DNA from: an uncultured Ignavibacteria bacterium
GTDB taxonomy: Bacteria > Bacteroidota > Ignavibacteria > Tepidaquicellales > OLB5
DNA: 64,000 bases
Assembly (NCBI GenBank): GCA_947084945.1
Contig: CAMTUP010000009.1
Location: 205,882 to 269,881, forward strand
Direction: 5' to 3'
Shown: piece after piece, positions 27,677 through 36,556 of the stretch
How the letters are laid out: the number at the start of each line of letters is the position of its first letter
Numbering within the stretch: position 1 is the stretch's first letter
Notes under the pieces: model-generated
What the model was told of the DNA's origin: nothing
The model's database searches: none
The model's input: only the letters and a program-made list of their open reading frames with translations
Position numbers and translations under genes: made by a program

Positions 27677-28456
27677 ATGAAATTTCATCCTAAAATATTA
27701 ATAACTTTTCTTTGCTTCTTTTTTGGAATTTATTTCATAGTCTATACAATAGGTTGTTATTCTTTATTTCCCTCATATGAAATTGATAATGGAAATCCAA
27801 ATGACCCTGGAACATGGAAACTATATCAGTTAAAATGGAAAGCAGGTACAAATCCGGAATTAGAAAATGCACTTCATAAATATTACAGTGATTGCAATCC
27901 TGGTTGCGTTGATGAATATATACTTAATATAAATCTTTTGGATGATATTGATTTAGAAACTTTAAACGAGATTAATAAATCTAAAAATACCTACAAAGCA
28001 TTTAAATATGCAAAATCTATTTATTTAATTGAAGTTGATACCTGCGGGTCTAATAATTGTAGTGGAACGGCAATTCCTTGGGCAGCCCTTGATGGAGATA
28101 CAAGACAATTGATTAAGAATGCGAATGCTGTCAAAATCAGAATATATGTAAACTCCGATGAAACTTCTGACCCTCGTACATGGAAATATTTTAAAATATT
28201 CGTTAGGACAGTCGATAATGAAATTTTCCTATCTTTACAAAAGGAGTTATTTATTGAACCACCACTTGAAAGTTTTACTTTAGTGGTTAATATTTTAGAT
28301 GCAAATCGATATAACCAGTATATTGTAATAGGTGACGAAGCAGATCCAGGTGCGAGTAAGTATTCCTGGTCTCAACTTTCAAAAAAAGTTAAAGATGGTT
28401 TAATAAATTGGAGTGAGAAAAATAAGGAAAATTTGAGTTATTTTAGGTATTGGTGA
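27677..28456 (+). CDS. hypothetical lipoprotein, Cys-containing
   Basis: Has a TM/lipobox (FIVYTIGCYS). Starts 3 nt after the HicB-like stop. No family recognised. Confidence 0.5.
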   Translation: MKFHPKILITFLCFFFGIYFIVYTIGCYSLFPSYEIDNGNPNDPGTWKLYQLKWKAGTNPELENALHKYYSDCNPGCVDEYILNINLLDDIDLETLNEINKSKNTYKAFKYAKSIYLIEVDTCGSNNCSGTAIPWAALDGDTRQLIKNANAVKIRIYVNSDETSDPRTWKYFKIFVRTVDNEIFLSLQKELFIEPPLESFTLVVNILDANRYNQYIVIGDEADPGASKYSWSQLSKKVKDGLINWSEKNKENLSYFRYW

Positions 28457-28537
28457 AAGATTATTTTTAAAAATTACTTAAGCCGAATTTAGCATTAAAA
28501 TATTTTTTGAAAATTATTTTGATAAGAAAAATAATAT

Positions 28538-28969
28538 ATGAAAAGAATAATATTTCTATTTTTAGTCTTAAATTCTATTAATTTCATCCCCTCGTTTGCA
28601 CAAACCTTCGAGTGGGAATGGATTCTTGTAAAAGAATCTCAAGAAATCGGTGGCGCTCCTACAGGTGTGGTTTACTTGTATATTTATAATGAGTATGGCA
28701 CCCGATTTGATTATCAAGTATCTGAAGATGGCGATGGCAATTTATCAACTATAGAAACAAAGAATTATAAAAATTGGAAAATTCCAGAGAATGCTTTAAG
28801 TGCCGCTAAGACTTATAGAACTGAAATGGGATGGATTTATTATATAATAAAAACTAATGATAACAATTATAAAATATACAGAAGGGAATATTGGGAAGCA
28901 TTACCAGAGGGAAATTTAGAATTTGGAATTGAAGTTACTCTTTTAAAAACAATATCAATCGAAAGATAA
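28538..28969 (+). CDS. hypothetical secreted protein
   Basis: Has a signal peptide (MKRIIFLFLVLNSINFIPSFAQ). No family recognised. Confidence 0.45.
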   Translation: MKRIIFLFLVLNSINFIPSFAQTFEWEWILVKESQEIGGAPTGVVYLYIYNEYGTRFDYQVSEDGDGNLSTIETKNYKNWKIPENALSAAKTYRTEMGWIYYIIKTNDNNYKIYRREYWEALPEGNLEFGIEVTLLKTISIER

Positions 28970-29074
28970 AATCATTTTATTATTCTAAACAAGTTTATAA
29001 CATCGAATGAATTTTGACCAACCAATGATTAATTAAACATTATCATAAAAGTGCTGTATATTAGAAATCTATAA

Positions 29075-29875
29075 TTAACTTTTTTGTTTAGCTAATTCCT
29101 TTTTCTTATCATTCTTATTTTTTCCACGTATCCAAAAATGCATATCAATAAGTTTCATTATAGGGTATGCTATACAATCATTGCCATAATTCTTTTTTTC
29201 CCAACTGTCAATTTTATCCTTTACTCTATCTAATTGAACTTTATTCGGTACTTCGAAATAGAAATCTATTAAGCTATTAAAAGCATTTTTCCTTTTAGTG
29301 TCCAATTTGCAAGTTATTATCTTTATTCCCTTTTTCCCATCTCTAAAAAATTTATCAAAAGCTGGCAAACATCCTATGGTTCCCATTATAATTTTTGTTA
29401 TTAATGTATCTGTAACATTTTTTTCAGTTTTTTTACTTCCGCTTTTCTTTAGTTTTTGCTTTAAACCATTTTTTAATTGATTAATTAATTTAGTAATTAT
29501 TGGGGAAATTGACTCTTTCAAATCTTTTTGTTCCCATTTAGAAATATCCAAATTCCATAAAGAATCAAATTCCTTCTTGATAATTATATCAACAGCATAC
29601 TTGTAAAATTTATAATCCAAATCTATGGAAAAAGTTGAACCTCTCCACATTCCCCAACTAGCCAAATACATAGATAGATTCAAAGCTGCCAAATCTAACC
29701 ATTTCTCAATCTTATTACTATTTTTGGGTCGCTTTCTAAAAAACTTATAACAATGTACCCATGATTTATAGCGGTGGTTTTTCTTTTTTGTGTCTTTAAA
29801 AAAGACCTGAAAAATAGTTTCTTCAAAATCTATTTTTGATTCATCTTTTAATGTTTTTTTTTCTTTCATTTTCAA
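29075..29875 (-). CDS. hypothetical lysine-rich protein
   Basis: A 266-aa ORF with K-rich termini and a central LASWGMWRGS / IIMGTIGCLPAFDKFF core. No family recognised. Confidence 0.45.
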   Translation of the reverse strand: MKMKEKKTLKDESKIDFEETIFQVFFKDTKKKNHRYKSWVHCYKFFRKRPKNSNKIEKWLDLAALNLSMYLASWGMWRGSTFSIDLDYKFYKYAVDIIIKKEFDSLWNLDISKWEQKDLKESISPIITKLINQLKNGLKQKLKKSGSKKTEKNVTDTLITKIIMGTIGCLPAFDKFFRDGKKGIKIITCKLDTKRKNAFNSLIDFYFEVPNKVQLDRVKDKIDSWEKKNYGNDCIAYPIMKLIDMHFWIRGKNKNDKKKELAKQKS

Positions 29876-30000
29876 TTTTTATGAACTTCAATGCTTTTTT
29901 ATTTTGTTTAGCAAAAAAACAGACAGCATTTTTTTTCTTCTTTAGTTAATTCCCTGTTTTCAACATAAAATGTAATGCCTTCTTGTCTTTTATAATAAAA

Positions 30001-30060
30001 TCACGCTTTTTCTAATGCTTTGATACATTCTTTACCAGAAATCCTGGGAAGTTTACTCAT
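30001..30060 (-). pseudogene. hicA: truncated hicA toxin remnant
   Basis: The ATG overlaps the hicB stop (ATGA). It reads MSKLPRISGKECIKALEKA then TGA. Intact HicA proteins continue with ...GF.....GSH. Confidence 0.5.
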
Positions 30061-30263
30061 ACAGCTAAAACAATAGTCCCAAAATTTTCTTCAGGTACTG
30101 GTAAATTATCTTCTTCTAAAGCTGAAATATAACCAGCAATAGCTTCTTTTATATTCGATATTGCTTCTTCCTTAGTTTTGCCCTGACTGATACAGCCCGG
30201 TAGGCTTGGACACTCAACTACCCAATACCCGTCTTCACCGGGAAATAAAATTACTTGTCTCAT
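30057..30263 (-). CDS. hicB: HicB-family antitoxin (UPF0150)
   Basis: GEDGYWVVECPSLPGCISQGKTKEEAISNIKEAIAGYI is the typical HicB N-domain. Confidence 0.7.
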   Translation of the reverse strand: MRQVILFPGEDGYWVVECPSLPGCISQGKTKEEAISNIKEAIAGYISALEEDNLPVPEENFGTIVLAV

Positions 30264-30265
30264 AG

Positions 30266-30475
30266 TTATACTAAAACTTTCTTTTTGCTTATTTTTCTGC
30301 TTGAGTTCTTCTTTCTGTCAGATTCTATTTTACGTTTATTCTTTATTCTTTGCTTAGCAATAAATTCACTAAGGAGTTTCTTCTCCTCATCAGTTAACTC
30401 ACGGTTTTCAACATAAAATGTAATACCTTCAGGTTCTTTTATGAATCCATCAGTATTACTCATAATTTTTTTCAT
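30266..30475 (-). CDS. small lysine-rich hypothetical protein (69 aa) coupled to ruvA
   Basis: The ATG overlaps the ruvA stop (ATGA). A degenerate second copy of its central segment lies at 29945-29982. Confidence 0.4.
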   Translation of the reverse strand: MKKIMSNTDGFIKEPEGITFYVENRELTDEEKKLLSEFIAKQRIKNKRKIESDRKKNSSRKISKKKVLV

Positions 30476-31086
30476 TTTCCCCTCAAGATTTCCCTAATGA
30501 GATCTTCAGCAGGCAATTCCATAAAATTACTTTTTGTGGAAACAGCTTTCACCATCTTATCAGCTTCAAGCCTGTTGTATCCCAATGCCATTAAGGCTGA
30601 AATTACCTCCGATGCTTTACCAAGTTCACCAAGCTTACTTGTATTCATTCCGCCAGTATTAACTGAATCACCATCAATCTTCCCTATTTTATCTTTCAGC
30701 TCCACTGCAAGCCTCTCAGCTGTTTTTTTGCCTACTCCGGATATTGTTGTGAGCGGCAGGTAGTTACCTTTTGATATCATATCGATTAGCTCACCATATT
30801 TTATTGCAGAAAGTATACTTAGCGCTGTCTTGGGTCCAATACCTGAAACCGATATAATATGTTTAAAGCACTCTCTTTCGCTCTCATCTGAAAATCCATA
30901 TAACAATATATTGAACGGATTATCCTTGATATGCAAATGAACAGTTATCTTAACTTCATCACCAATACTACCAATATTTTCAACAGCATTTAAAGTGGCT
31001 GATATACTGTATCCTATCCCACCTGCTTCAATTACTAATGAAGCAGCTTTTTTGTTGACAAGTTTCCCTTTAATATAATCTATCAT
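30472..31086 (-). CDS. ruvA: Holliday junction DNA helicase subunit RuvA
   Basis: MIDYIKGKL start and HhH motifs (VSGIGPKTALSIL, ISGVGKKTAERL). Confidence 0.9.
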   Translation of the reverse strand: MIDYIKGKLVNKKAASLVIEAGGIGYSISATLNAVENIGSIGDEVKITVHLHIKDNPFNILLYGFSDESERECFKHIISVSGIGPKTALSILSAIKYGELIDMISKGNYLPLTTISGVGKKTAERLAVELKDKIGKIDGDSVNTGGMNTSKLGELGKASEVISALMALGYNRLEADKMVKAVSTKSNFMELPAEDLIREILRGK

Positions 31087-31114
31087 AAATCTTCAGTTTA
31101 TTTTTATATCTTTC

Positions 31115-31142
31115 TTCTCACGTTTCACGTTTGACATTTCAC
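31115..31142. repeat. 4 x heptamer (gene sense GTGAAAT GTCAAAC GTGAAAC GTGAGAA)
   Basis: The first unit contains the ruvC TGA stop (31139-31141). The array fills half of the ruvC-ruvA spacer. Confidence 0.8.
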
Positions 31143-31696
31143 TTCTGCATTCTAACTTTTTTCGGATTTTCTTTAATATACGCTGCCCAAGAACTGCTTT
31201 TGCTTTTCCTTGAGCCGCCGCCCAATAATTTGTTGTGATGGCATATTGCTACGGCTATTGCATCGGAAATATCTGTTTGTTTAGGCAGTGATTCCGGTTT
31301 AATGTTCAATATTCTGCAAACCATAAAACGCACCTGTTCTTTTGATGCTGCGCCTAATCCGGTAACAGATTTTTTTACCTCACGGGGTGAATATTCAGTT
31401 GTTGGAATTTGTTTGTTTACTGCCGCAAGAATTGATACTCCCCTTGCATGACCAAGCTTTAGGGTTGATTGAACATTCTTTCCATAGAAAGCTGTTTCAA
31501 TAGCAAATTCATCCGGCTTGTATTCTTCAATTACATCAACAAGAGCATCATATATAAGTTTTAATCTTTTAGGCAGAGTGTTTTTGGCAGGGATATTAAT
31601 AACATCACAGCATAATATTTCAAGCTTTTCGTTTACACCGCTTAAAACAGCGTAACCTGTAAACAATGTCCCGGGATCAACTCCAAGTATTATCAT
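31139..31696 (-). CDS. ruvC: crossover junction endodeoxyribonuclease RuvC
   Basis: Has MIILGVDPG, FAIETAFYGKN and DAIAVAICH. Confidence 0.9.
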   Translation of the reverse strand: MIILGVDPGTLFTGYAVLSGVNEKLEILCCDVINIPAKNTLPKRLKLIYDALVDVIEEYKPDEFAIETAFYGKNVQSTLKLGHARGVSILAAVNKQIPTTEYSPREVKKSVTGLGAASKEQVRFMVCRILNIKPESLPKQTDISDAIAVAICHHNKLLGGGSRKSKSSSWAAYIKENPKKVRMQK

Positions 31697-31831
31697 GTTC
31701 TGTATATCAATTCAAACGTTGACTTGTTTTTCTGACTCGTTTTTGAGTTAAGTTTGGTTCGGAATCTGTTTATAAAAAACTTTTCAAATATTTATTCTTG
31801 ATCGATTCACAATTAAATTTTCTTGTATCAA

Positions 31832-31859
31832 ATTTCACGTTTTTCGTTTGACGTTTCAC
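31832..31859. repeat. 4 x heptamer (gene sense GTGAAAC GTCAAAC GAAAAAC GTGAAAT)
   Basis: Begins 6 nt after the yebC TAA stop (31866-31868). Confidence 0.8.
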
Positions 31860-31865
31860 GTAACA

Positions 31866-32621
31866 TTAACTGAATTCTTCCATTACTTTTTCATCTATAT
31901 CGGCATTGGAATATACATTCTGAACATCATCATTATCTTCTATCACATTTATCAGATTTATAGTTGATTCAGCATCACTTCCTTCAACCCTTAATGTTGT
32001 TTTAGGGAGGTATTGCAGCGAAGCGCTATCAATTTTCGCACCATTCAATCCTGATGCTTCTATAGTTTTCCTGATGGTTTCAAATTTTTCAAGAGATGAT
32101 GTAACTTCAAAGAAATCTTCTTCATCGGTCATATCATCAGCGCCCGCATCAAGTATTACATTCATCAGATCATCTTCAGTGTAGTTACCTTTTGTTACAG
32201 TGATAACACCTTTTCTTTCAAAATTCCAGCTCACAGCCCCTGATTCAGCCAAATTACCGCCATTCTTTGAAAGTAAATGCCTTAAATCAGCTACAGTTCT
32301 GTTCTTATTATCAGTCAATGATTCTATTATCAGCGCTACACCGCCTGGTCCATAGCCTTCATAAGTAATTTCATCATAACTTACGCCTTCAAGTTCACCG
32401 GTACCTTTTTTAATTGCTCGGGTAATATTATCAGCCGGCATGTTGTTTGATTTTGCAGTGTTTACAGCAAGCCGCAGCCTCGGATTTGTCTCAACATCGC
32501 CTCCGCCTATTCTTGCAGCAACTGTTATTTCTTTAATGACTTTGGTAAATACCTTACCTCTGGCTGCATCAATTGCGCCTTTTTTTCTTTTTATTGTTGA
32601 CCACTTCGAATGTCCTGACAT
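31866..32621 (-). CDS. yebC: YebC/PmpR-family DNA-binding regulator
   Basis: MSGHSKWSTIKRKKG start, 251 aa. Confidence 0.9.
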   Translation of the reverse strand: MSGHSKWSTIKRKKGAIDAARGKVFTKVIKEITVAARIGGGDVETNPRLRLAVNTAKSNNMPADNITRAIKKGTGELEGVSYDEITYEGYGPGGVALIIESLTDNKNRTVADLRHLLSKNGGNLAESGAVSWNFERKGVITVTKGNYTEDDLMNVILDAGADDMTDEEDFFEVTSSLEKFETIRKTIEASGLNGAKIDSASLQYLPKTTLRVEGSDAESTINLINVIEDNDDVQNVYSNADIDEKVMEEFS

Positions 32622-32663
32622 ACTATATTAAATAATAATATTAAACTTATAGATTGTTAATTG

Positions 32664-34448
32664 TTAATTGATTTTCAGATCTCTTATTCTGAACTGTGTT
32701 TTTGAGTTGCCGTTCCAGTGATTTTCCTCAACTGAATATACAATATCTAGTTTAGTTCCAAGTTTTAAAATATTCCTGCTCTGAGCATCCAGATCAGGGG
32801 GTTGATAATAAACACAATCGAAAGTATAATTATCAAACCTGCTGCCATTTGTGCTAATTTTACGGACTTTAAATACTGTTGTAGAGCCGTTATAAGTTTT
32901 TGGGTCTCCAACTATCTGAAGTTCTCTTGTTAGAAAAATTGGTGTCATATTCCCCGGTCCAAATGGTTCAAAGTGACTTAATATTTTCACAAACCTCTGA
33001 TTTACCTCGTTAACATCAATTTCAGCATTAACCTTTATTTCAGGTACTAAAAGCTCTTTTCCGTTAACACTATCATTAATAATGCTTTTTGCTATTCTGT
33101 TAAAAGTACTCCTGAATTCTTCAACCTTATCAATTTCAATTTCAATTCCCGCTGCGTGAAAATGACCACCAAACTGAACAACGGCACTGCATTCTTCTGA
33201 AGTTCTTTTTATAGCTTCATATATATTGAAATTATTAACACTCCTTGCTGAACCTTTTGCATAACCATTGAAAGTAGTAAGAATAATTGATGGTCTGTAA
33301 TATTTTTCAACCATTCTAGACGCGATAATTCCAAGTACACCGGGATGCCACTCAGGATTATGAAGTACTATAGCGACGTCATCTTTTTCAGGGGTATCAA
33401 TTGTATCGGTTTTATATGTTTCGTAAGAACTTTGAGCCTGAATATATATTTCACTATCTATTTTTTTTCGGTTTGAGTTCTCTGATTCCAGAACGCTCAT
33501 CTGCTCTTCGGCTTCAAAGATAGTTTTACTTGTGAGGAATTTTACTGCTCTGGTTGCATCCCCAAGTCTGCCGACAGCATTTATACGCGGACCAATTGTG
33601 AATACAACATTTGAAGTTGTAATATGCTCAAGCTTTAAACTGGAATTTTTAAATATTGTTGCGAAGCTGGGTCTTGGATTGTTAAGAATCTGTTTAAAAC
33701 CGTAGTTTATCAAAGTTCTGTTCTCATCAATTACGGGAACCATATCAGCCGCAGTTGCAACAGCAACAAAATCAAGCAGATTCTGCCAGTCATCGATATT
33801 AAGTTTTTGACATACTGCTTGTATTAGCTTAAATGCTACGCCTGTACCGCATAGACTCTTGAATGGGTAACTACAATCAGGCTGTAGTGCATCAAGTATT
33901 GCGTAAGCATTGGGTAATGTATCAGGCGGCTGGTGATGGTCGCATATTATCATATCAATTCCAATAGAGCTTGCATACTCAACTTTATCAAAGGCAGTAA
34001 TACCGCAATCAATTGCAACAATAAGTTTAATATCCATTGAATTTGCATGGTCTATACCTGTATTGGATAGTCCATAACCATCGGTAAACCTATCTGGAAT
34101 AAAAACTTCATTGGGTACACCAAGATCCCTTAAAAATGTATGGAACATTGATACCCCTGATGTGCCGTCAACATCGTAATCACCGAAAATAAGGATCTTT
34201 TCTTTGTTCTTTATAACCTCTATAATCCTTTCGGATGCCTTCTCCATTCCCTTCATAAGGAACGGGTCATATAGATTCTTTAAATCATGGACGAAAAACT
34301 TCTTCGCATCAGCGCGTGAGTTTATGCCCCTCATCACCAGTATTTTAGCAAGTGATGAAGGTACGTTTATCTCTTCAGAAAGATTTTTAACTTTTTCTTC
34401 ATTTTCAGCGCTTGATATTGTCCATTTCTTCTTGATTGCACTGGACAT
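32664..34448 (-). CDS. recJ: single-stranded-DNA-specific exonuclease RecJ
   Basis: DHH-family motifs (GDYDVDG, ICDHHQP) and a DHHA1-like GGHFHAAG. Confidence 0.9.
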   Translation of the reverse strand: MSSAIKKKWTISSAENEEKVKNLSEEINVPSSLAKILVMRGINSRADAKKFFVHDLKNLYDPFLMKGMEKASERIIEVIKNKEKILIFGDYDVDGTSGVSMFHTFLRDLGVPNEVFIPDRFTDGYGLSNTGIDHANSMDIKLIVAIDCGITAFDKVEYASSIGIDMIICDHHQPPDTLPNAYAILDALQPDCSYPFKSLCGTGVAFKLIQAVCQKLNIDDWQNLLDFVAVATAADMVPVIDENRTLINYGFKQILNNPRPSFATIFKNSSLKLEHITTSNVVFTIGPRINAVGRLGDATRAVKFLTSKTIFEAEEQMSVLESENSNRKKIDSEIYIQAQSSYETYKTDTIDTPEKDDVAIVLHNPEWHPGVLGIIASRMVEKYYRPSIILTTFNGYAKGSARSVNNFNIYEAIKRTSEECSAVVQFGGHFHAAGIEIEIDKVEEFRSTFNRIAKSIINDSVNGKELLVPEIKVNAEIDVNEVNQRFVKILSHFEPFGPGNMTPIFLTRELQIVGDPKTYNGSTTVFKVRKISTNGSRFDNYTFDCVYYQPPDLDAQSRNILKLGTKLDIVYSVEENHWNGNSKTQFRIRDLKIN

Positions 34449-34470
34449 TCAATTTTCATTTATTTTATAG

Positions 34471-34554
34471 TGCCCGAAGCGAGACTCGAACTCGCACTCC
34501 GTTGCCAGAACTGCGTCCTGAACACAGCGTGTATACCAATTTCACCATCCGGGC
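34471..34554 (-). tRNA. tRNA-Leu (anticodon CAG)
   Basis: Hand-folded as GCCCGGA/TTCGGGC acceptor, 3-bp D stem, CTGTG-TTCAGGA-CGCAG anticodon arm, long variable arm, GCGAG-TTCGAGT-CTCGC T arm. Confidence 0.85.
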
Positions 34555-34936
34555 ATACAGGTATTAATATAAAAAACCCGTAGACTTTGAGGTAAACGAA
34601 TAAATTTACGAAAATTTTAGCATAATCTCAATAATATAATTTATCCAATATTTTCGACAAAAAGGTCATACAAAACAAATGAAAAAGTAATATTTTTAAA
34701 TGCTTAATAGATATTCTGCCAAAAACTTGTATTAAGTTACTTAAACTGTAAAATTTACCAAATGATTAAAGATAATATTTGATATTCTCTAAATAAATTA
34801 TCAAGTAAAACAGCCTGTTTTAAAAGAAACTTCATGCAATTCAAAAATACCCTGTATTTTATCACTTTCATATAATAATACTTTGGCTAAATTGCAGGAT
34901 AATATTCGATTGAAAATTGATAGTATTCAATACTAT

Positions 34937-34991
34937 AAAACAAGATTCCTGCCTTCGCCCTAAAAACAGGGCAGACAGGAATGACAAAAAA
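34937..34991. repeat. 55-nt hairpin unit, identical to 14814-14868
   Basis: Read base by base. Its 3' end supplies the spurious ATG (34981) of the track ORF. Confidence 0.9.
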
Positions 34992-34998
34992 GGTCATT

Positions 34999-36504
34999 AT
35001 GCCAAAAATAAAACTACATACTAAAATTATTATTGGACTGATTCTCGGTGCCATATTCGGGGCTATATTTGCTATTAACCCCACTAAAGTTGAACTGAAC
35101 TTTAAAGATAATTCAGAACAGGTAGAAAACTGGCAGGAATTTACTTACCTGAAGAAAGACTCCGTAATAAAAAAATTTTACCGTGATGACCAGCTTGCAA
35201 TTGTTAAGTATTACAAAAACTTAAAAGATAAAAAAGATGTAAAGCTTAAAATAATACTTTCTGATGGCTCGGAGAAAATTTATGAAAGTGTTGCTTCGGT
35301 TGAAAAGGTAAAAAGTATAGGTGTCTGGTTAAAACCTATTGGAGATATATTTGTTCGTTTGCTGAATATGATAGCAGTTCCATTAGTGCTTGCTTCTTTA
35401 ATTGTTGGCGCAGCATCACTTACTGACCTAAAGCATATTGCAAAAATTGGAGGAAAAACTATGGGCTTTTATGCCCTAACGGCAGTAATAGCAATTACTA
35501 TAGGTTTGCTTTGCGTCAATTTTATTCAGCCGGGACATATTATGGACCAAAGCGCAAAAGACCGCCTGCTTGATACTTACCAGGATGATGCAAAAACAAG
35601 GATAGAGCAGAATGTTTCGATGAATATTGTGGATTTTATTGTAAATATTGTCCCTAAAAATCCATTCAAAGCAATTGCTGATGGTGATTTTCTTCAGATA
35701 GTTTTTTTCGCAATACTTACAGGTGTTTTCCTGATGCAGATACCAAAAGCAAAATCAGAACCGGTAATTAATTTCTTTAGCGGTATCAGTGATGCAATGA
35801 TAGTACTGGTAGAAAAAATCATGATAATTGCTCCTTATGCCGTATTTACTTTAATAGCAGCTACAGTTGCGGAATTTGGTTTTTCTATTTTAAAGACACT
35901 GCTATGGTATTCAATAACTGTAGTACTTGGTCTGCTTATATTAACTTTTATCGTGTATCCCCTGCTGTTAAAAATATTTACAAAAATTAAGATTAAAGAT
36001 TTTTTTAAATCGCAACGTCCGGTATTGGCAGTAGCTTTTTCAACCAGCTCCTCTGCTGCTACACTTCCTATCACAATGGATGTCTGCGAAAAACGGCTTG
36101 GCGTTCCAAATAAAATTGCAAGTTTTGTTCTGCCATTGGGTACAACTGTAAATATGGATGGTACTGCCCTATATCAGGCTGTTGCAACAGTGTTCATAGC
36201 GCAGGTTTTTGGTTTTGAGCTTAATTTAACCCAGCAATTAACCATTGTACTAACCGCGGCACTTGCTGCTGTTGGTACAGCACCGGTTCCGGGTGTTGGG
36301 TTATTAATGCTTATTGTTGTTCTTAAATCAGTTGGAGTACCTGAAGAAGGTATCGCACTAATTATAGGCGTTGACCGCTTTCTTGATATGTGCCGCACTG
36401 TGCCTAATGTATTAGCTGATTCATTGGCATGCGTTATAATAGCTTCTAGCGAAGGCGAGCTTGGTGAGATAAATCCAGATTCAGAGTATGAAGGAGCAAT
36501 GTAG
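34999..36504 (+). CDS. dicarboxylate/amino acid:cation symporter (DAACS family)
   Basis: Has PLGTTVNMDGTALYQ and SSSAATLP motifs. The start is moved to the ATG at 34999 (MPKIKLHTKIIIGLILG), outside the repeat. Confidence 0.85.
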   Translation: MPKIKLHTKIIIGLILGAIFGAIFAINPTKVELNFKDNSEQVENWQEFTYLKKDSVIKKFYRDDQLAIVKYYKNLKDKKDVKLKIILSDGSEKIYESVASVEKVKSIGVWLKPIGDIFVRLLNMIAVPLVLASLIVGAASLTDLKHIAKIGGKTMGFYALTAVIAITIGLLCVNFIQPGHIMDQSAKDRLLDTYQDDAKTRIEQNVSMNIVDFIVNIVPKNPFKAIADGDFLQIVFFAILTGVFLMQIPKAKSEPVINFFSGISDAMIVLVEKIMIIAPYAVFTLIAATVAEFGFSILKTLLWYSITVVLGLLILTFIVYPLLLKIFTKIKIKDFFKSQRPVLAVAFSTSSSAATLPITMDVCEKRLGVPNKIASFVLPLGTTVNMDGTALYQAVATVFIAQVFGFELNLTQQLTIVLTAALAAVGTAPVPGVGLLMLIVVLKSVGVPEEGIALIIGVDRFLDMCRTVPNVLADSLACVIIASSEGELGEINPDSEYEGAM

Positions 36505-36556
36505 TAAGTCAAAAGGGAAAAGTAAAAAAGCAAAAATAGAAGCTAATATCATTTGA

